Assembly: GCA_965219345.1 (NCBI GenBank) | Contig: OZ244732.1 | Coordinates: 480,001-544,000, forward strand | Direction of reading: 5' to 3' | DNA from: Nitrosopumilus sp. | Lineage (GTDB): Archaea > Thermoproteota > Nitrososphaeria > Nitrososphaerales > Nitrosopumilaceae | DNA length: 64,000 nt | In this document: positions 18,921 to 30,285 of the stretch, piece after piece | Position numbering within the stretch: the first letter of the stretch is position 1 | How the letters are laid out: the number at the start of each line of letters is the position of its first letter | Translations under genes and position numbers: made by a program | The notes under the pieces: generated by a model | Told to the model about the DNA's origin: nothing | Database searches by the model: none | Seen by the model: only the letters and a program-made list of their open reading frames with translations

Positions 18921-19661
18921 TTAAAAATCTAGTCTTGTTAATAATTTTGATGCAATAATAAAGAGAGTAGAAGCGATTCCCACAAGAACTATCATTTCAA
19001 TAATTACAAATTCCGTTATATTTCCAAAAATTCCTGCTCTAATTACATCTACAAGATAAGTTAATGGGTTTAGATAAAATGCGGTACGTAATGGCTCTGG
19101 GGCCCCATCAGCTGGATAAAATGCAGTACTAACAAAAGCAAAGAATAGAAAAACAGTATTAATGACAACATTAAATCCCTCACTGGAATGTAATCTGGTA
19201 GAAATTATTGATGCCAACGAACCGAACAATACAGAACCAGTAATTGCACCAAAAATAATAATTGGAATTGTAATTAATGAAAATTCTACAGATTCAAAAA
19301 ATACGGGGTAACCAACTATAGCTATCAAAGATGCGCTTACTAATCCAACTATTCCTATCGTGCAGATATTACTTAGAATATAATGACTTCTAGTGAATGG
19401 TCCAGACATAATTTGTTCAAACATACCATGTTTTCTATCATTCCAAATCAGAATACCAGAAATTAGTGTGCTATTCATGATGTTAAATCCAATCATACCC
19501 GAGGCTAAAAATGCTGGATAATCAAGATCTTTACCACCGAACGGAACTTCATTAATTAATGGTGCATATGCAAAGCCTGCAACAAAAATATAGATTAAAG
19601 GAAAAATTACCTGCCAAATTAAAAATCCGGGGTTAAGAGAAATTGTTAGATTTCTATTCAC
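18921..19661 (-). CDS. ABC-2 type transporter permease
   Basis: About six hydrophobic segments, FVSTAFYP, NPLTYLVDVIR; frame extends to ATA at 19682. Confidence 0.9.
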   Translation of the reverse strand: MNRNLTISLNPGFLIWQVIFPLIYIFVAGFAYAPLINEVPFGGKDLDYPAFLASGMIGFNIMNSTLISGILIWNDRKHGMFEQIMSGPFTRSHYILSNICTIGIVGLVSASLIAIVGYPVFFESVEFSLITIPIIIFGAITGSVLFGSLASIISTRLHSSEGFNVVINTVFLFFAFVSTAFYPADGAPEPLRTAFYLNPLTYLVDVIRAGIFGNITEFVIIEMIVLVGIASTLFIIASKLLTRLDF

Positions 19662-19665
19662 TAAT

Positions 19666-20604
19666 CTAATTATTGGATGTATTTTCTCTCACCATTTTCA
19701 AGAATATCTCTTCAAGATTTGTTGGAACAGCTGATAGATCTTCAATCTCTATAGAGCTATCATTAAGTATTTTCAATACTTGTAACAATATTAATTCTGA
19801 TTGCTCCGAATGAATAACTAAGTTAGTTCCAGTATCAAAATCAATTTTACAGTCTGGAATTCCAGATAACAATGAAGAGATTTCAGGTTTTTTTTCTAAA
19901 AGATGAATTTTGATAGTTTTTTCTTTTCCAAATCTAGATTTTAATGCATCAGGAGAATCAACAGTAATTATTTTTCCTTTATCAATAATTGCTACTTGAT
20001 CACAAAGATATTCTGCTTCAGTTAGAATATGTGTTGTGTAGAAAATTGTTAATCCAGCTTTTACTTTATTTTTTAGATAATCCAATAGTTTTCTTCTAGC
20101 ATTTGGATCCAATCCTGCTGTTGGTTCATCTAAAAATAAGAGATCCATATTATGCATAAACTCACGTGCAACTTGGACTCTTCTTCGTTGACCAATTGAA
20201 AGATCTTCATTTCTTTTTTTACGAATTTGAACTAGATCAAAATCTTTCAAAAGTTGTTCCATTCTTTTTTTGCGTTCTGCTCTTGGAACATTCCACATCA
20301 TTCCATATTTATCCAAGGATTTTTCCACAGATAAGGTAGGCTCATAGCTTGGTTGTTGTAAAACAACTCCTATTTTATGACGAACTAAAAGAGGATTTTT
20401 GATAGCATTGATACCCAAAATTGAAAGAGAGCCGCTTGAGGGAGGAATAAGAGTAGTAAGAAGTTTGATAGTAGTTGATTTTCCGGCACCATTTGGGCCT
20501 AAAAATCCAAAAACTTGGCCTGATTTAACCGATAATGCAAGATCGTCTACAGCTTTCATTGAACCATATGATTTTGACAAATGATTAACACTAATGCATG
20601 ACAT
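19666..20604 (-). CDS. ABC transporter ATP-binding protein (DrrA-like exporter)
   Basis: GPNGAGKST, LSIGQ signature, LDEPTAGLD, TTH. Confidence 0.95.
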   Translation of the reverse strand: MSCISVNHLSKSYGSMKAVDDLALSVKSGQVFGFLGPNGAGKSTTIKLLTTLIPPSSGSLSILGINAIKNPLLVRHKIGVVLQQPSYEPTLSVEKSLDKYGMMWNVPRAERKKRMEQLLKDFDLVQIRKKRNEDLSIGQRRRVQVAREFMHNMDLLFLDEPTAGLDPNARRKLLDYLKNKVKAGLTIFYTTHILTEAEYLCDQVAIIDKGKIITVDSPDALKSRFGKEKTIKIHLLEKKPEISSLLSGIPDCKIDFDTGTNLVIHSEQSELILLQVLKILNDSSIEIEDLSAVPTNLEEIFLKMVRENTSNN

Positions 20605-20752
20605 AACACAACTGCGATCATCCCACTAATTTAGTTAATGAGTTAATTTAAGATGGTTTTAGGAAGTTCTGATACAGCGATCATTTTTTGGAAGAGTAAT
20701 TTTAACAAACTAATGAAATTTTTATTAATAGAACAAGTTTATCAACAATGAT

Positions 20753-22150
20753 TTGTCGGAATTTGAAAATCTCATCAATAAGTTACTTGAACAAAAACCT
20801 GAATTAAATAAAGAAGGTATTGAAGAACAGATCAAGCAAAAGAAAGAAAAAATTGGTGCAGGATACTTGACGGATCAAGGAGCATTATTTCTGATCGCAT
20901 CTGATTATGGCATTACTTTATCAGAACCACTAAAAGTTGAAATGGAATTGAAGGATCTATATTCAGGAGCAAAAGAAATTTCTTTAGAAACAAGAGTTTT
21001 GAATCTTTCACCAGCAAAACAATTTTCAAGAAAAGATGGTTCTCCATTTTATCTTAGAACTATGACAGTATACGATGCAAACACTACAGCAAGTGTAAAG
21101 TTATGGGATGAAAAAGCAAATTTGCCTGGAATTGAAAATTTGAAACCAGGGGATTTAATTAAAATTATCAAAGCATATGTTAAATCTGATCTTGATGGTT
21201 CGCCAACAATAAACATTGGATCTGGTTCAAATATTGAAACTGCAGATACAGAAAGTGAGATTCCAACTATTGATTTCATTACAAAAGATATTAGCGAACT
21301 AGAAGAAGGTCAAAAAGATCTTGTAATTTCTGGAATAACTGATGGGGTAATCAGCGGAATGGAATTTACAAATTCTCGTGGAAAACCTGGAACAGCTCTA
21401 AGAATGAGGCTAAAAGGAAAAGATGGTAATGCAATGAGGGTTGTTCTATGGGGAAAAGATGAATCATCTATTCCAAATATGATTTCTCAATCAGCTAAAG
21501 TAAGACTACTTGGAGTTAAAGTAAGATCAGGTAATCAAGGATTAGAGATTCATGGTAATGATGCAACCATAATTGAGATTGAAGGGGGAAAAGAAATAGA
21601 ACCAATAATTGCAAGAGTTCTTACAATATCAGAAATAGATAATGGTAAAAAAATGGTTTTAGCTGTTGATAATAAGAAGAACATGTACAACATCAGTGAT
21701 TTTGCAAACTCTACTAGTGTTTGTGTAGAAGGAGATGTAATAGAATGCATGCCATCAAAAGTATATGGTAATTCAATTACACTTGATGAAAGTTCTTTTG
21801 TAAGAAAATTAGATAATGATGAATCTATTCCATCATTATCTCAACTTAGAACAAAAATTAATGATGTTAAAGTGGATGGAAATTATTGTATTGAATCCAT
21901 AATATTGAAAGTTCCTGAAAGACGTGAAGTTCAAACCAAATCTGGAGAATCAATAGCATTATCAGAAATGTTTGTTGAAGACGATACAGGTCAGATTTGG
22001 GTGAAGGGTTGGAGAAATCAAGCAAGGATAATTGACAAATGTGAGTTAGGGGAAATAGTATCAATCACAGGACTAAATGCTAGAGCAGGGCTTGAAGGCA
22101 GAATAGAGCTATTTCTAACAGCGTTTTCTAAGATTACAAAGAAAAATTAA
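20753..22150 (+). CDS. rpa: Replication protein A / multi-OB-fold ssDNA-binding protein
   Basis: N-terminal GAGYLTDQGALFLIA; repeated OB folds (F.RKDG, VKLWD, EDDTGQIWVKGW). Confidence 0.85.
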   Translation: MSEFENLINKLLEQKPELNKEGIEEQIKQKKEKIGAGYLTDQGALFLIASDYGITLSEPLKVEMELKDLYSGAKEISLETRVLNLSPAKQFSRKDGSPFYLRTMTVYDANTTASVKLWDEKANLPGIENLKPGDLIKIIKAYVKSDLDGSPTINIGSGSNIETADTESEIPTIDFITKDISELEEGQKDLVISGITDGVISGMEFTNSRGKPGTALRMRLKGKDGNAMRVVLWGKDESSIPNMISQSAKVRLLGVKVRSGNQGLEIHGNDATIIEIEGGKEIEPIIARVLTISEIDNGKKMVLAVDNKKNMYNISDFANSTSVCVEGDVIECMPSKVYGNSITLDESSFVRKLDNDESIPSLSQLRTKINDVKVDGNYCIESIILKVPERREVQTKSGESIALSEMFVEDDTGQIWVKGWRNQARIIDKCELGEIVSITGLNARAGLEGRIELFLTAFSKITKKN

Positions 22151-24882
22151 GAATCCCAAAAACCTCTTGTTACAACATATTGCCTTTCAGCTTCATAGAT
22201 TTGCTTGAATAGATATTCTTCATCTACCATATTTCTCAATATTCTTGCAGCAGTATCTGCTCCTACTCCGTAACCAGACAATACAGTAATGGCAGTTTTG
22301 CCAAAATTTTCTATTAAAGAGGAAACTTTCCACGCACGCTTAAACTTGTGTTTTTCATCTGAAGATAATTTTTTTCCTGTGTGTTTTTTTTGAATGATTT
22401 TTTTCAAATCATAATCAGAATAGAAAGTTGCAGTGATTTGTCTGGCCTTACAATATGGACATATCAAGGTACTTTTAACTTCATTAGTTTCTACTACGCG
22501 TTCCCACTTTCCACATCTTGCGCAAATTAAACGATGTTTAGTCTTTGCAAGTCTTGTTTTAACAAGATCAATGATTCCTTTATCAAGATTTGCTGGAGCT
22601 GCATAGTATTTTGCGGTATGATCCAAAATTGGTTCTGCTAATTTTGAGAATTTGTCTACTTCTAACCATTTAACAGAAATTTCATTTTTACATATTTTAT
22701 CAAGTATTGTTTCAGAATTTTTTAGATCATATTTATCATGAAATAATTCTCTTAGCGCTTCATGTACAAGTGAAGTTTTTGAATAACGCTCGTATAAAAA
22801 TCTGGCAGATTTTCTCTCATAAATTGCTCCACGTCCTACTATTCCAAATTTTTTTGCAACACACCATGTTCGCCAGTTAACATTATGAGTTCCGGTTAAA
22901 GAAGCAGTAACCATTGAATAAAGATCATAATCGTCATTTAGAACTTCAAGGAAAAGTTTTTCAGAAATTCTTGATCTAGAAGATAAAACAATTCGATAAC
23001 CATCAGAGCGGGAATCAACAATAGACCCCAATAGAGAAGACAGCATGGAAGAAAATAATGTTGATAGTGTAGAATTAATTTTTGTCCCAAAACATGAATG
23101 GATTACAATTGAACCTTGTGATTTACTTGATTCAACAACAATATGATTTTCATCAGGAATTTGATCAAAATTTAATTTTTCAATTGTTTTATTGGTTAGT
23201 TTTAGTAAGCCATTTTTTACTCTGGCACGAAAAATTCCTACCTTTCTTGCAGTATTATAATCAATTGGGATATTTTCACCTTCCCAATAAGGAACAGTAA
23301 TTCCTCCGCCTCTAAAAGGTTCAACATTTACAGTAAATGATTTTTCATCAACGTTTAGTATTCTCCATTGTGAGCCTTTTAGTACAAAGATATTTCCAGA
23401 ATCTCCAAAATCACCTACAAATCTTTGATCTAATGATCCAATAATTTTTTTCCCTACACTATCAAATACTTTGAATTTGAGAATATCTGGTATCGTCGAA
23501 AGGTTCTCAAAATAATACTTGAAAGCACGACCTTTCTTCCAAAAAGTCATTTTTGCTCTATCAAAAAAAATCAGATAGTTTGAATCAAGCAGATCCAATA
23601 CGTCAATAAGATCTTCTAGCTGTAAATTGCGAAATGGATATGCTTTTGTTACAAGTTCAAATGTTTTCTCGACTGAAATTTCTCCAATCTGCATTGATAA
23701 TCCAACTAAATGATGAGCTAAAACATCAAGAGAACTATCATGGATTTTTTGCTCTTCAATTGAACCTTCTTGAACACGTTCAAGGATAGCTCTCGCTTCA
23801 AATTCATCATCTGAATTATTTGTTATAATAAGTCCCTTAGCTGATTTATCTAAATTATGTCTACTTCTTCCTATTCTTTGAATTAATTTTGATACTTGCC
23901 TGGGAGAACCATAATGAATTACCAATTCAACTGAACTAATATCTAATCCTAATTCTAGTGAAGATGTACAGACGACAATCCCATGTTTTCCTTCTCGTAA
24001 GGTAAGCTCAGTTTCTTCTCTAACCTCTTTGGATAAAGAACCATGATGTAGTTCAACTTCTATAGGGGACTTTTCTTTCAAAATGGTAGCTAAAAATTCT
24101 GCTTCACCTCTAGTATTAGTAAATAGGAGTATTGGGGAATCTAAGTCAAGTTCTGAGACATATTCAATAATTTTCTCTGCAACGTCAGAAATTGTTCCAT
24201 CAACATACTTTACTTCTACATCATACTTTCTTAGTGATTTATCTCTAATAATCTGACATTTTCTTTTAGTGCCTACAACAAATTTGCCTGCTTCTTCAAA
24301 ATTTCCAACGGTAGCGGATAATCCTATTTTTGTGAGAGGATATTTTGAATTTAATTCTAATCTTTCAATACTTAAGGATAGTTGAGAACCTCTTTCACTA
24401 GATAGTATCTCATGAACTTCATCAATTACAATCCATTCTAAATCAGATAATGCATTTAGCATTTTAATTTGTGTTAATAGTATAACTAGAGTTTCAGGTG
24501 TTGTAATTAGAATGTCTGGAGGATTATCTCGGATTTTTCTTCTGTCTTTTTGAGAAGTATCTCCATGTCTGATTTCAATAGATAATTCATTACCATATGC
24601 ATATTTTGTAATTCTACGAAATACATCACGGTTTAATGCCCGTAAAGGAGTGATGTAGAGAACCTTGATTTTTCCATTCTTTTTTGAATTTTTTAATAGA
24701 GAGAAAATTGGAATTACAGAACATTCGGTTTTTCCTGAACCTGTAGGAGCAATTACGAGACAATCTTTTTTTTGCAAAATAACTGGTGAAGCATTTTTCT
24801 GAATTTCAGTTAGTTTGGAAAATCCGAATTTCTCAAATATGGAATCAAGAATTTGATTCATCTGTTGACTTTGATCTTTCAT
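22147..24882 (-). CDS. lhr: Lhr-like SF2 DEAD/DEAH helicase
   Basis: APTGSGKT, DEVHE, SAT, HHGSLS, TSSLELGLD, QRIGRS; C-terminal CxxC..CPxC. Confidence 0.92.
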   Translation of the reverse strand: MKDQSQQMNQILDSIFEKFGFSKLTEIQKNASPVILQKKDCLVIAPTGSGKTECSVIPIFSLLKNSKKNGKIKVLYITPLRALNRDVFRRITKYAYGNELSIEIRHGDTSQKDRRKIRDNPPDILITTPETLVILLTQIKMLNALSDLEWIVIDEVHEILSSERGSQLSLSIERLELNSKYPLTKIGLSATVGNFEEAGKFVVGTKRKCQIIRDKSLRKYDVEVKYVDGTISDVAEKIIEYVSELDLDSPILLFTNTRGEAEFLATILKEKSPIEVELHHGSLSKEVREETELTLREGKHGIVVCTSSLELGLDISSVELVIHYGSPRQVSKLIQRIGRSRHNLDKSAKGLIITNNSDDEFEARAILERVQEGSIEEQKIHDSSLDVLAHHLVGLSMQIGEISVEKTFELVTKAYPFRNLQLEDLIDVLDLLDSNYLIFFDRAKMTFWKKGRAFKYYFENLSTIPDILKFKVFDSVGKKIIGSLDQRFVGDFGDSGNIFVLKGSQWRILNVDEKSFTVNVEPFRGGGITVPYWEGENIPIDYNTARKVGIFRARVKNGLLKLTNKTIEKLNFDQIPDENHIVVESSKSQGSIVIHSCFGTKINSTLSTLFSSMLSSLLGSIVDSRSDGYRIVLSSRSRISEKLFLEVLNDDYDLYSMVTASLTGTHNVNWRTWCVAKKFGIVGRGAIYERKSARFLYERYSKTSLVHEALRELFHDKYDLKNSETILDKICKNEISVKWLEVDKFSKLAEPILDHTAKYYAAPANLDKGIIDLVKTRLAKTKHRLICARCGKWERVVETNEVKSTLICPYCKARQITATFYSDYDLKKIIQKKHTGKKLSSDEKHKFKRAWKVSSLIENFGKTAITVLSGYGVGADTAARILRNMVDEEYLFKQIYEAERQYVVTRGFWDS

Positions 24883-24958
24883 AAACCATTACACCAACTA
24901 AACCAAGTGCAAGCAAAACTACAGTAATTATTGGAATAGAGTCAAAAATTCCTGCCAT
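24845..24958 (-). CDS. Small single-pass membrane protein (37 aa), below the ORF-track cutoff
   Basis: MAGIFDSIPIITVVLLALGLVGVMVYERSKSTDESNS fills the gap between the RadB-like gene and lhr. Confidence 0.55.
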   Translation of the reverse strand: MAGIFDSIPIITVVLLALGLVGVMVYERSKSTDESNS

Positions 24959-24980
24959 TAGTAATCTTCATAGTTGACCA

Positions 24981-25640
24981 TTAAATATCTTCAGTATAAT
25001 TACACAATCCTGAAACATGTATTTTGTAAAAAAAGTATTCTTTATTTAGTGCCCAGTAAATTTTTCCTCTAAAATTTGTTGAGTTTTTAGAAAGTTGAAT
25101 TTTGATATGAGTAAAAGGATCAATAGCGCTCCTCATATTTTCAACTTCTTTATCTTCTATGTTTCTAATCATGTTAGTAACAATAATAGGAATTTTTTTT
25201 GTAATTGCAAATTTTGATAACTCATACATGTATTTTATAAATAATGAATTTTTTTCAAAAATAGATTTATCTCCTTTATACTCATAAGAAAATAAATCAG
25301 TTACATTATCAATTACAATTAAAGAAAAATCATTGCTTTCAAAATTTTTTATGGATTTTATTTGTTCTAAAGTGTTTGTTATTCTGGAAACTGTAATTTG
25401 TTCAAGAAAATTAATCTGTTCTTCAGATTGTTTTTGAATTTCCAATATTCGTTCAGGTCTAAATCCGCCTGTTGTATCTAAGTACAGAACATGGCCACCA
25501 TTTTTGATTGAATTTATTGATAATTGTAGTAATAGCTGAGTTTTGCCTGTTCCATTTCCACCAAAAATATCTACAATCACACCGTTAGGAATTCCTCCTG
25601 ACAAGAAATCGTCCAATTTTTGTAAACCAGTAGAGATCAT
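24981..25640 (-). CDS. RadB-like RecA/Rad51 paralog
   Basis: ISTG...LD..L.GGIP, GGNGTGKTQ, YLDTTGGFRPERI, LIVID; lacks the RadA N-domain. Confidence 0.85.
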   Translation of the reverse strand: MISTGLQKLDDFLSGGIPNGVIVDIFGGNGTGKTQLLLQLSINSIKNGGHVLYLDTTGGFRPERILEIQKQSEEQINFLEQITVSRITNTLEQIKSIKNFESNDFSLIVIDNVTDLFSYEYKGDKSIFEKNSLFIKYMYELSKFAITKKIPIIVTNMIRNIEDKEVENMRSAIDPFTHIKIQLSKNSTNFRGKIYWALNKEYFFYKIHVSGLCNYTEDI

Positions 25641-25748
25641 TTGTATAATTATTAGAAAAAGAAGAAAAAATTTAAAGAATTTGAATTTTTACAAAGGAGG
25701 TAAGGCTTTTATTCCAGAGAACAAGGTTGCAAAATAAGTGAATAATTA

Positions 25749-25994
25749 GTGTCACAAACAACTAGTGCAAAAAGACCTTTAACAGTTCTTCAAAAAAGTA
25801 CCAAAAAGAAAGTTACTATAAGACTGAAAAATGAAGTTGAGTACAAAGGAAAAATGGATAATGTCGATTCATACATGAATTTGATTATGACTGATGCTGA
25901 AGAAGTACATGATGGTAAAACAGTTGCAAATTATGGAAGAGTTATTGTAAGAGGCAATAATGTGTTATTTATCAAACTAGAAAACGAACTCTAG
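25749..25994 (+). CDS. Sm/Lsm RNA-binding protein
   Basis: VDSYMNLIM and IVRGNNV Sm motifs. Confidence 0.93.
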   Translation: MSQTTSAKRPLTVLQKSTKKKVTIRLKNEVEYKGKMDNVDSYMNLIMTDAEEVHDGKTVANYGRVIVRGNNVLFIKLENEL

Positions 25995-26005
25995 TTAGTG
26001 ATTTT

Positions 26006-27172
26006 ATGACCAATAATTTTCTATTTACATCAGAGTCAGTAACAGAAGGGCATCCAGACAAAGTATGTGATAACATTTCTGATTCATTCTTGGATGAATA
26101 TCTCAAACAAGACCCAGATTCAAGAGTAGCAGTAGAAACAATGGTTACTACAGATTTTGTAGCAGTGTCTGGGGAGGTTACATCTAAAGCAGATTTTGAT
26201 CAAAAAGCTCAGGAAGAATTAGTTAGAAAAACAATTAGGGAAATTGGATATGATAACAAAGACTTAATGTTTGATGCAGATACTTGTCAAGTTAATTTAA
26301 GATTACATTCACAAAGTCCGGATATCAGTCAAGGCATAACAGCTACTGAAGAGAAAGAACAAGGTGCTGGTGATCAAGGATTAATGTTCGGTTATGCAAC
26401 AAATGAAACTGAAGAATTAATGCCTATGCCAATTTTACTTGCACACAAACTTATTCAAAAATTATCAGAAGTCAGGAAAAACAAAACTTTACCATGGGTT
26501 AGACCAGATGGTAAATCACAAGTATCTGTAAGATATGAAGATGATAAACCAACAAAGATTGAAACAGTTGTAATTGCAACACAACATGCACCAGAGATTT
26601 CTCAAGAGGAGATTTCAAGAGAAATTATTGATAAAGTAATCAAACCAGTTTTAGGAAATCTTTGGAATGATGAAATTAAAATTCACATAAATCCTACGGG
26701 AAAATTTGTAATTGGTGGTCCACATGGTGATGCCGGTTTAACAGGAAGAAAAATTATTGTTGATACTTATGGTGGATTTGGAAGACATGGAGGTGGAGCT
26801 TTCTCAGGTAAGGATCCTTCTAAAGTTGATAGATCTGCATGCTATATGTGCAGATATATTGCAAAAAATCTTGTTGCAGCAGGCTTTGCTGACAGGTGTG
26901 AAGTGCAACTTGCATATGCAATAGGAGTAGCTGAACCAGTATCACTTTATGTGAATGCATTTGGAACAAACAAAATTCCAGAAAATCAGATTATAGATCT
27001 GGTTAGAAAGAATTTTGATATGAAGCCATTAGAAATAATCTCACAGTTAGATTTGAAGAGGCCAATTTATAAAAAAACTGCATCATATGGTCATTTTGGA
27101 AGAAATGAGCCGGAATTTACTTGGGAAAAAACAGACAAAGCTGAAATATTAAAGCAATCTGCCGGACTTTAG
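26006..27172 (+). CDS. metK: S-adenosylmethionine synthetase (bacterial/eukaryal type)
   Basis: [35 protein letters not shown]. Confidence 0.98.
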   Translation: MTNNFLFTSESVTEGHPDKVCDNISDSFLDEYLKQDPDSRVAVETMVTTDFVAVSGEVTSKADFDQKAQEELVRKTIREIGYDNKDLMFDADTCQVNLRLHSQSPDISQGITATEEKEQGAGDQGLMFGYATNETEELMPMPILLAHKLIQKLSEVRKNKTLPWVRPDGKSQVSVRYEDDKPTKIETVVIATQHAPEISQEEISREIIDKVIKPVLGNLWNDEIKIHINPTGKFVIGGPHGDAGLTGRKIIVDTYGGFGRHGGGAFSGKDPSKVDRSACYMCRYIAKNLVAAGFADRCEVQLAYAIGVAEPVSLYVNAFGTNKIPENQIIDLVRKNFDMKPLEIISQLDLKRPIYKKTASYGHFGRNEPEFTWEKTDKAEILKQSAGL

Positions 27173-28018
27173 CAATTCCACAACTGACTGAAATTTCATT
27201 TCAGTAATTTTTCTTAATTTATTATGATTTCCTTTAAAACTACCAATTAGAATATTGAGATCATCAACACCAAAATCAGATTTTGAATTATTAATTGCGG
27301 CACGATAAACATCTTCTAGATTAATTTTTTTTATGCTTGTTTTAGTTCCTTTAGAAAAAAGTTTAACATATTGTTCAAAAGTAATGTAGTCTGGACCAAC
27401 AAGATCAATAATTTTATTTCTAAATTTTGTTTCAATAACTGATTTAAGAAAAACTTTTGCTACATCATTAATGTAAATTGGTTGAATTGAATAAGTTCCA
27501 GATCCTGGAATCTCAATTTTTCCCTTCTTAATTTGTTTTTTCAAGTATTTTGTAAACAGATCATCTTTGCCAATAATATATGAAGGTCTAAAAATTGTAT
27601 AATTTAGCCCAGAATTTACAATTAGTCTCTCTGCTTTATATTTAGAAATAAAATATCCTGATGATGTATTTGATGAGACGCCAAGACCGCTTATAAAAAC
27701 AAATTTGTTGATTTTTGCTTTTTTACTTAAATTTACAATATGTTTTGTAAATTCAATATTTACCATTTTATAATCAGCATTGATTGATTGTTTTCCAATC
27801 CCAACAAGATGAATTAATGCATCTGAGTTTTGAATTTTTGGACTAATACTATTTTCATCATAATTTTTTGAAACAATTTTCAGTTCATTTTTAAATTGTT
27901 TAAAGTCATTTCGTGATATTGAAATTAATTTAATGTTTTTTTCAGATAAATACTTTCTGAGATTTCTTGCAACAAATCCGCTTGCTCCAGTAATTACTAT
28001 CTGACTACCTTGAACCAC
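27149..28018 (-). CDS. NAD-dependent epimerase/dehydratase (atypical SDR)
   Basis: [20 protein letters not shown]. Confidence 0.88.
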   Translation of the reverse strand: MVQGSQIVITGASGFVARNLRKYLSEKNIKLISISRNDFKQFKNELKIVSKNYDENSISPKIQNSDALIHLVGIGKQSINADYKMVNIEFTKHIVNLSKKAKINKFVFISGLGVSSNTSSGYFISKYKAERLIVNSGLNYTIFRPSYIIGKDDLFTKYLKKQIKKGKIEIPGSGTYSIQPIYINDVAKVFLKSVIETKFRNKIIDLVGPDYITFEQYVKLFSKGTKTSIKKINLEDVYRAAINNSKSDFGVDDLNILIGSFKGNHNKLRKITEMKFQSVVELLKSGRLL

Positions 28019-28097
28019 GAGAATTTCAAGTTATTTTTAATTTTAAATCTATTTAGAAGATTTTGAATATTAAGCAAACAAGAATTAATACACTAAA

Positions 28098-29201
28098 ATG
28101 AATACAACAGATGTGGAAGAAGAAAAGACAAGCCTGAGAACAGGTTATACAACTGGAAGCTCAGCAACTGCTGCGGCAAAATCTGCATTTTTATCAATTA
28201 TTAATCAACAAAAAACAGAAAATGTGGATATTCGATTACCTAAAGGAACCTTTATTCAAATTCCAGTACATTCTTGTGAATTTGAATCTAACAAAGCAAA
28301 ATGCTCTGTAATTAAAGATGGGGGAGATGATCCTGATGTCACTCATGGTGCAGAGATCATAGTTGAACTGTCATTTACAGAGAAGGTAAATGAGATTGAC
28401 ATTGATGGTGGAGAAGGAATAGGAATAGTAACTAAGCCTGGTTTAGGTTTGGAGATTAACAAGCCTGCAATTAATCCAGTTCCTAAAAAAATGATTGTTG
28501 AAAACTTGAGAGAAGTTGGAGAAAAAATTCTTGAAAAAAAAGGAATCAGAGTTGTGATTTCAGTTCCAAAAGGAAGAGAACTAGGACCTAAAACAGATAA
28601 TCCAAGATTAGGAATACAGAATGGAATTTCAATTTTGGGAACCAGTGGGATTGTTATTCCATTTTCTACAGCATCCTATGCAGCATCAATTAGACAAAAT
28701 TTGGATGTAGCAATTGCAATGGGAAATGATACTGTAGTACTAACAACAGGTGGAAGAAGTGAAGATTTTGCAAAGAAAATAGTTGATTTGCCGGAACATT
28801 GTTTTGTGCAGATGGGTGATTTTTCAGGATATACAGTTCAACAGTGTGGTAAAAAAAATATCAAAAAAGCATATGTTGTTGGTTTCATTGGGAAACTCGC
28901 AAAGATGGCTGCAGGAGTAAAACAAACTCATGTCAAAGGTTCAAAAGTAGACATGAATTTTCTAGCAGAGTTAGCAAGAAAATCAAATGCGGAAGAAATG
29001 GTAATTGAGAGTATTAAAAAAGCAAATACAGCAAGACATGTGTCTGAAATAATTCAAGAAAATAATGTTAAAGGATTTTTTGAGTTAATTTGTAGTGAGA
29101 CGTATAAGCATATGAGAAAACATAGTGAGGAAAAAGTTCCAATTGATGTAATATTATTTGATTTTGAAGGAAATATTCTGGCTAGAAAATCAGAAGAGTA
29201 A
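28098..29201 (+). CDS. cbiD: Cobalt-precorrin-5B C1-methyltransferase
   Basis: LRTGYTTGSSATAA, KDGGDDPDVTHG, NPRLGI..GISILGTSGIV. Confidence 0.96.
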   Translation: MNTTDVEEEKTSLRTGYTTGSSATAAAKSAFLSIINQQKTENVDIRLPKGTFIQIPVHSCEFESNKAKCSVIKDGGDDPDVTHGAEIIVELSFTEKVNEIDIDGGEGIGIVTKPGLGLEINKPAINPVPKKMIVENLREVGEKILEKKGIRVVISVPKGRELGPKTDNPRLGIQNGISILGTSGIVIPFSTASYAASIRQNLDVAIAMGNDTVVLTTGGRSEDFAKKIVDLPEHCFVQMGDFSGYTVQQCGKKNIKKAYVVGFIGKLAKMAAGVKQTHVKGSKVDMNFLAELARKSNAEEMVIESIKKANTARHVSEIIQENNVKGFFELICSETYKHMRKHSEEKVPIDVILFDFEGNILARKSEE

Positions 29202-29226
29202 GGTATTTTATGAAATTTAGAAAGTT

Positions 29227-30285
29227 TTGATTATGGAAAAAACTGCAGTACTTGCAATAACCAAAAATGGAGTCAATATTGGACAAAATCTAAAAGAATT
29301 GTTTCCTGACATGAGTATTTTTGCGCCTGTTAAATTATCAAATGAGAACAGTGGAATAACATGGTATTCAGAGCCTACATCAGAAAAAATTGTTGAACTT
29401 TTTAAAAATAATGATGCACTAGTATGCCTGTTTTCTTTAGGTGCAGTAATTAGATTAATAGCACCACATTTGAAAGACAAAAAAATAGATCCAGCTGTAA
29501 TTGTAATTGATGATAAAACAAATTTTGTAATTAGTGTATTGTCAGGCCATATTGGTGGGGCCAATAAGTTAACTCAAGAGATTGCAGAAAAATTAGGGGC
29601 TTTACCAGTAATAACTACTGCAGCTGATGTTAACAAAACTATAGCAGTAGATCTAGTAGGAAGAGAATTTAATTGGAAAATTGATGATGAATCTACTGTA
29701 ACTAAAATTAGTGCACATATGATAAATGAAGAACCCATTGGCGTGTTTCAGGAAGTAGGCAAAAAAGATTGGCATAAAGAATTACCAAGAAATGTCTCAA
29801 TTTATGATAGTTTGGAAGACTTGAATAAATCAAGTTCTAAAGCGTATCTCATAATTTCTGATAGAATTATTGATGGGGATTTTGTTAAGGAATCTGTAAT
29901 ATATCGTCCTCCAAGTTTGGTAATTGGTGTTGGGTTACATGGGGATACTTCAAAAGAAACAATCAAAAAAGGAATTGAATATTGTTTGGAAAAATTTAAG
30001 CTTAGTTCAAAATCCATTGCAAAACTAGTATCAATAAAAAAACCAGAAGATGTTCAAGGTCTTATAGACATTGGAAAGGAAATGGGAATTTCTATAGAAT
30101 ATGTAAACAGAGAAAATTTAGCTAAGATTTCTGCTCCAAATCCTTCAGAAACTGTAAAAGCATTTGAGGGAACTGCAAGTGTATCTGAAGCTGCTGCCAT
30201 CAAAGTTTCTGGAGGAGAATTAATTGTAGAAAAGCAAAAATTTCCACCAAATTTGACTATAGCTATTGCGAGGATTGTGAATTGA
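29227..30285 (+). CDS. cbiG: Cobalt-precorrin-5A hydrolase
   Basis: DPAVIVID, SVLSGHIGGAN, VITTAAD, SVSEAAA. Confidence 0.94.
   Translation: MIMEKTAVLAITKNGVNIGQNLKELFPDMSIFAPVKLSNENSGITWYSEPTSEKIVELFKNNDALVCLFSLGAVIRLIAPHLKDKKIDPAVIVIDDKTNFVISVLSGHIGGANKLTQEIAEKLGALPVITTAADVNKTIAVDLVGREFNWKIDDESTVTKISAHMINEEPIGVFQEVGKKDWHKELPRNVSIYDSLEDLNKSSSKAYLIISDRIIDGDFVKESVIYRPPSLVIGVGLHGDTSKETIKKGIEYCLEKFKLSSKSIAKLVSIKKPEDVQGLIDIGKEMGISIEYVNRENLAKISAPNPSETVKAFEGTASVSEAAAIKVSGGELIVEKQKFPPNLTIAIARIVN

Noticed and set aside
26006-27172. Bacterial-type metK (and dnaK-dnaJ-grpE) as recent horizontal transfer
   Set aside because: Composition matches the host backbone, and as far as I recall these are standard in this archaeal lineage
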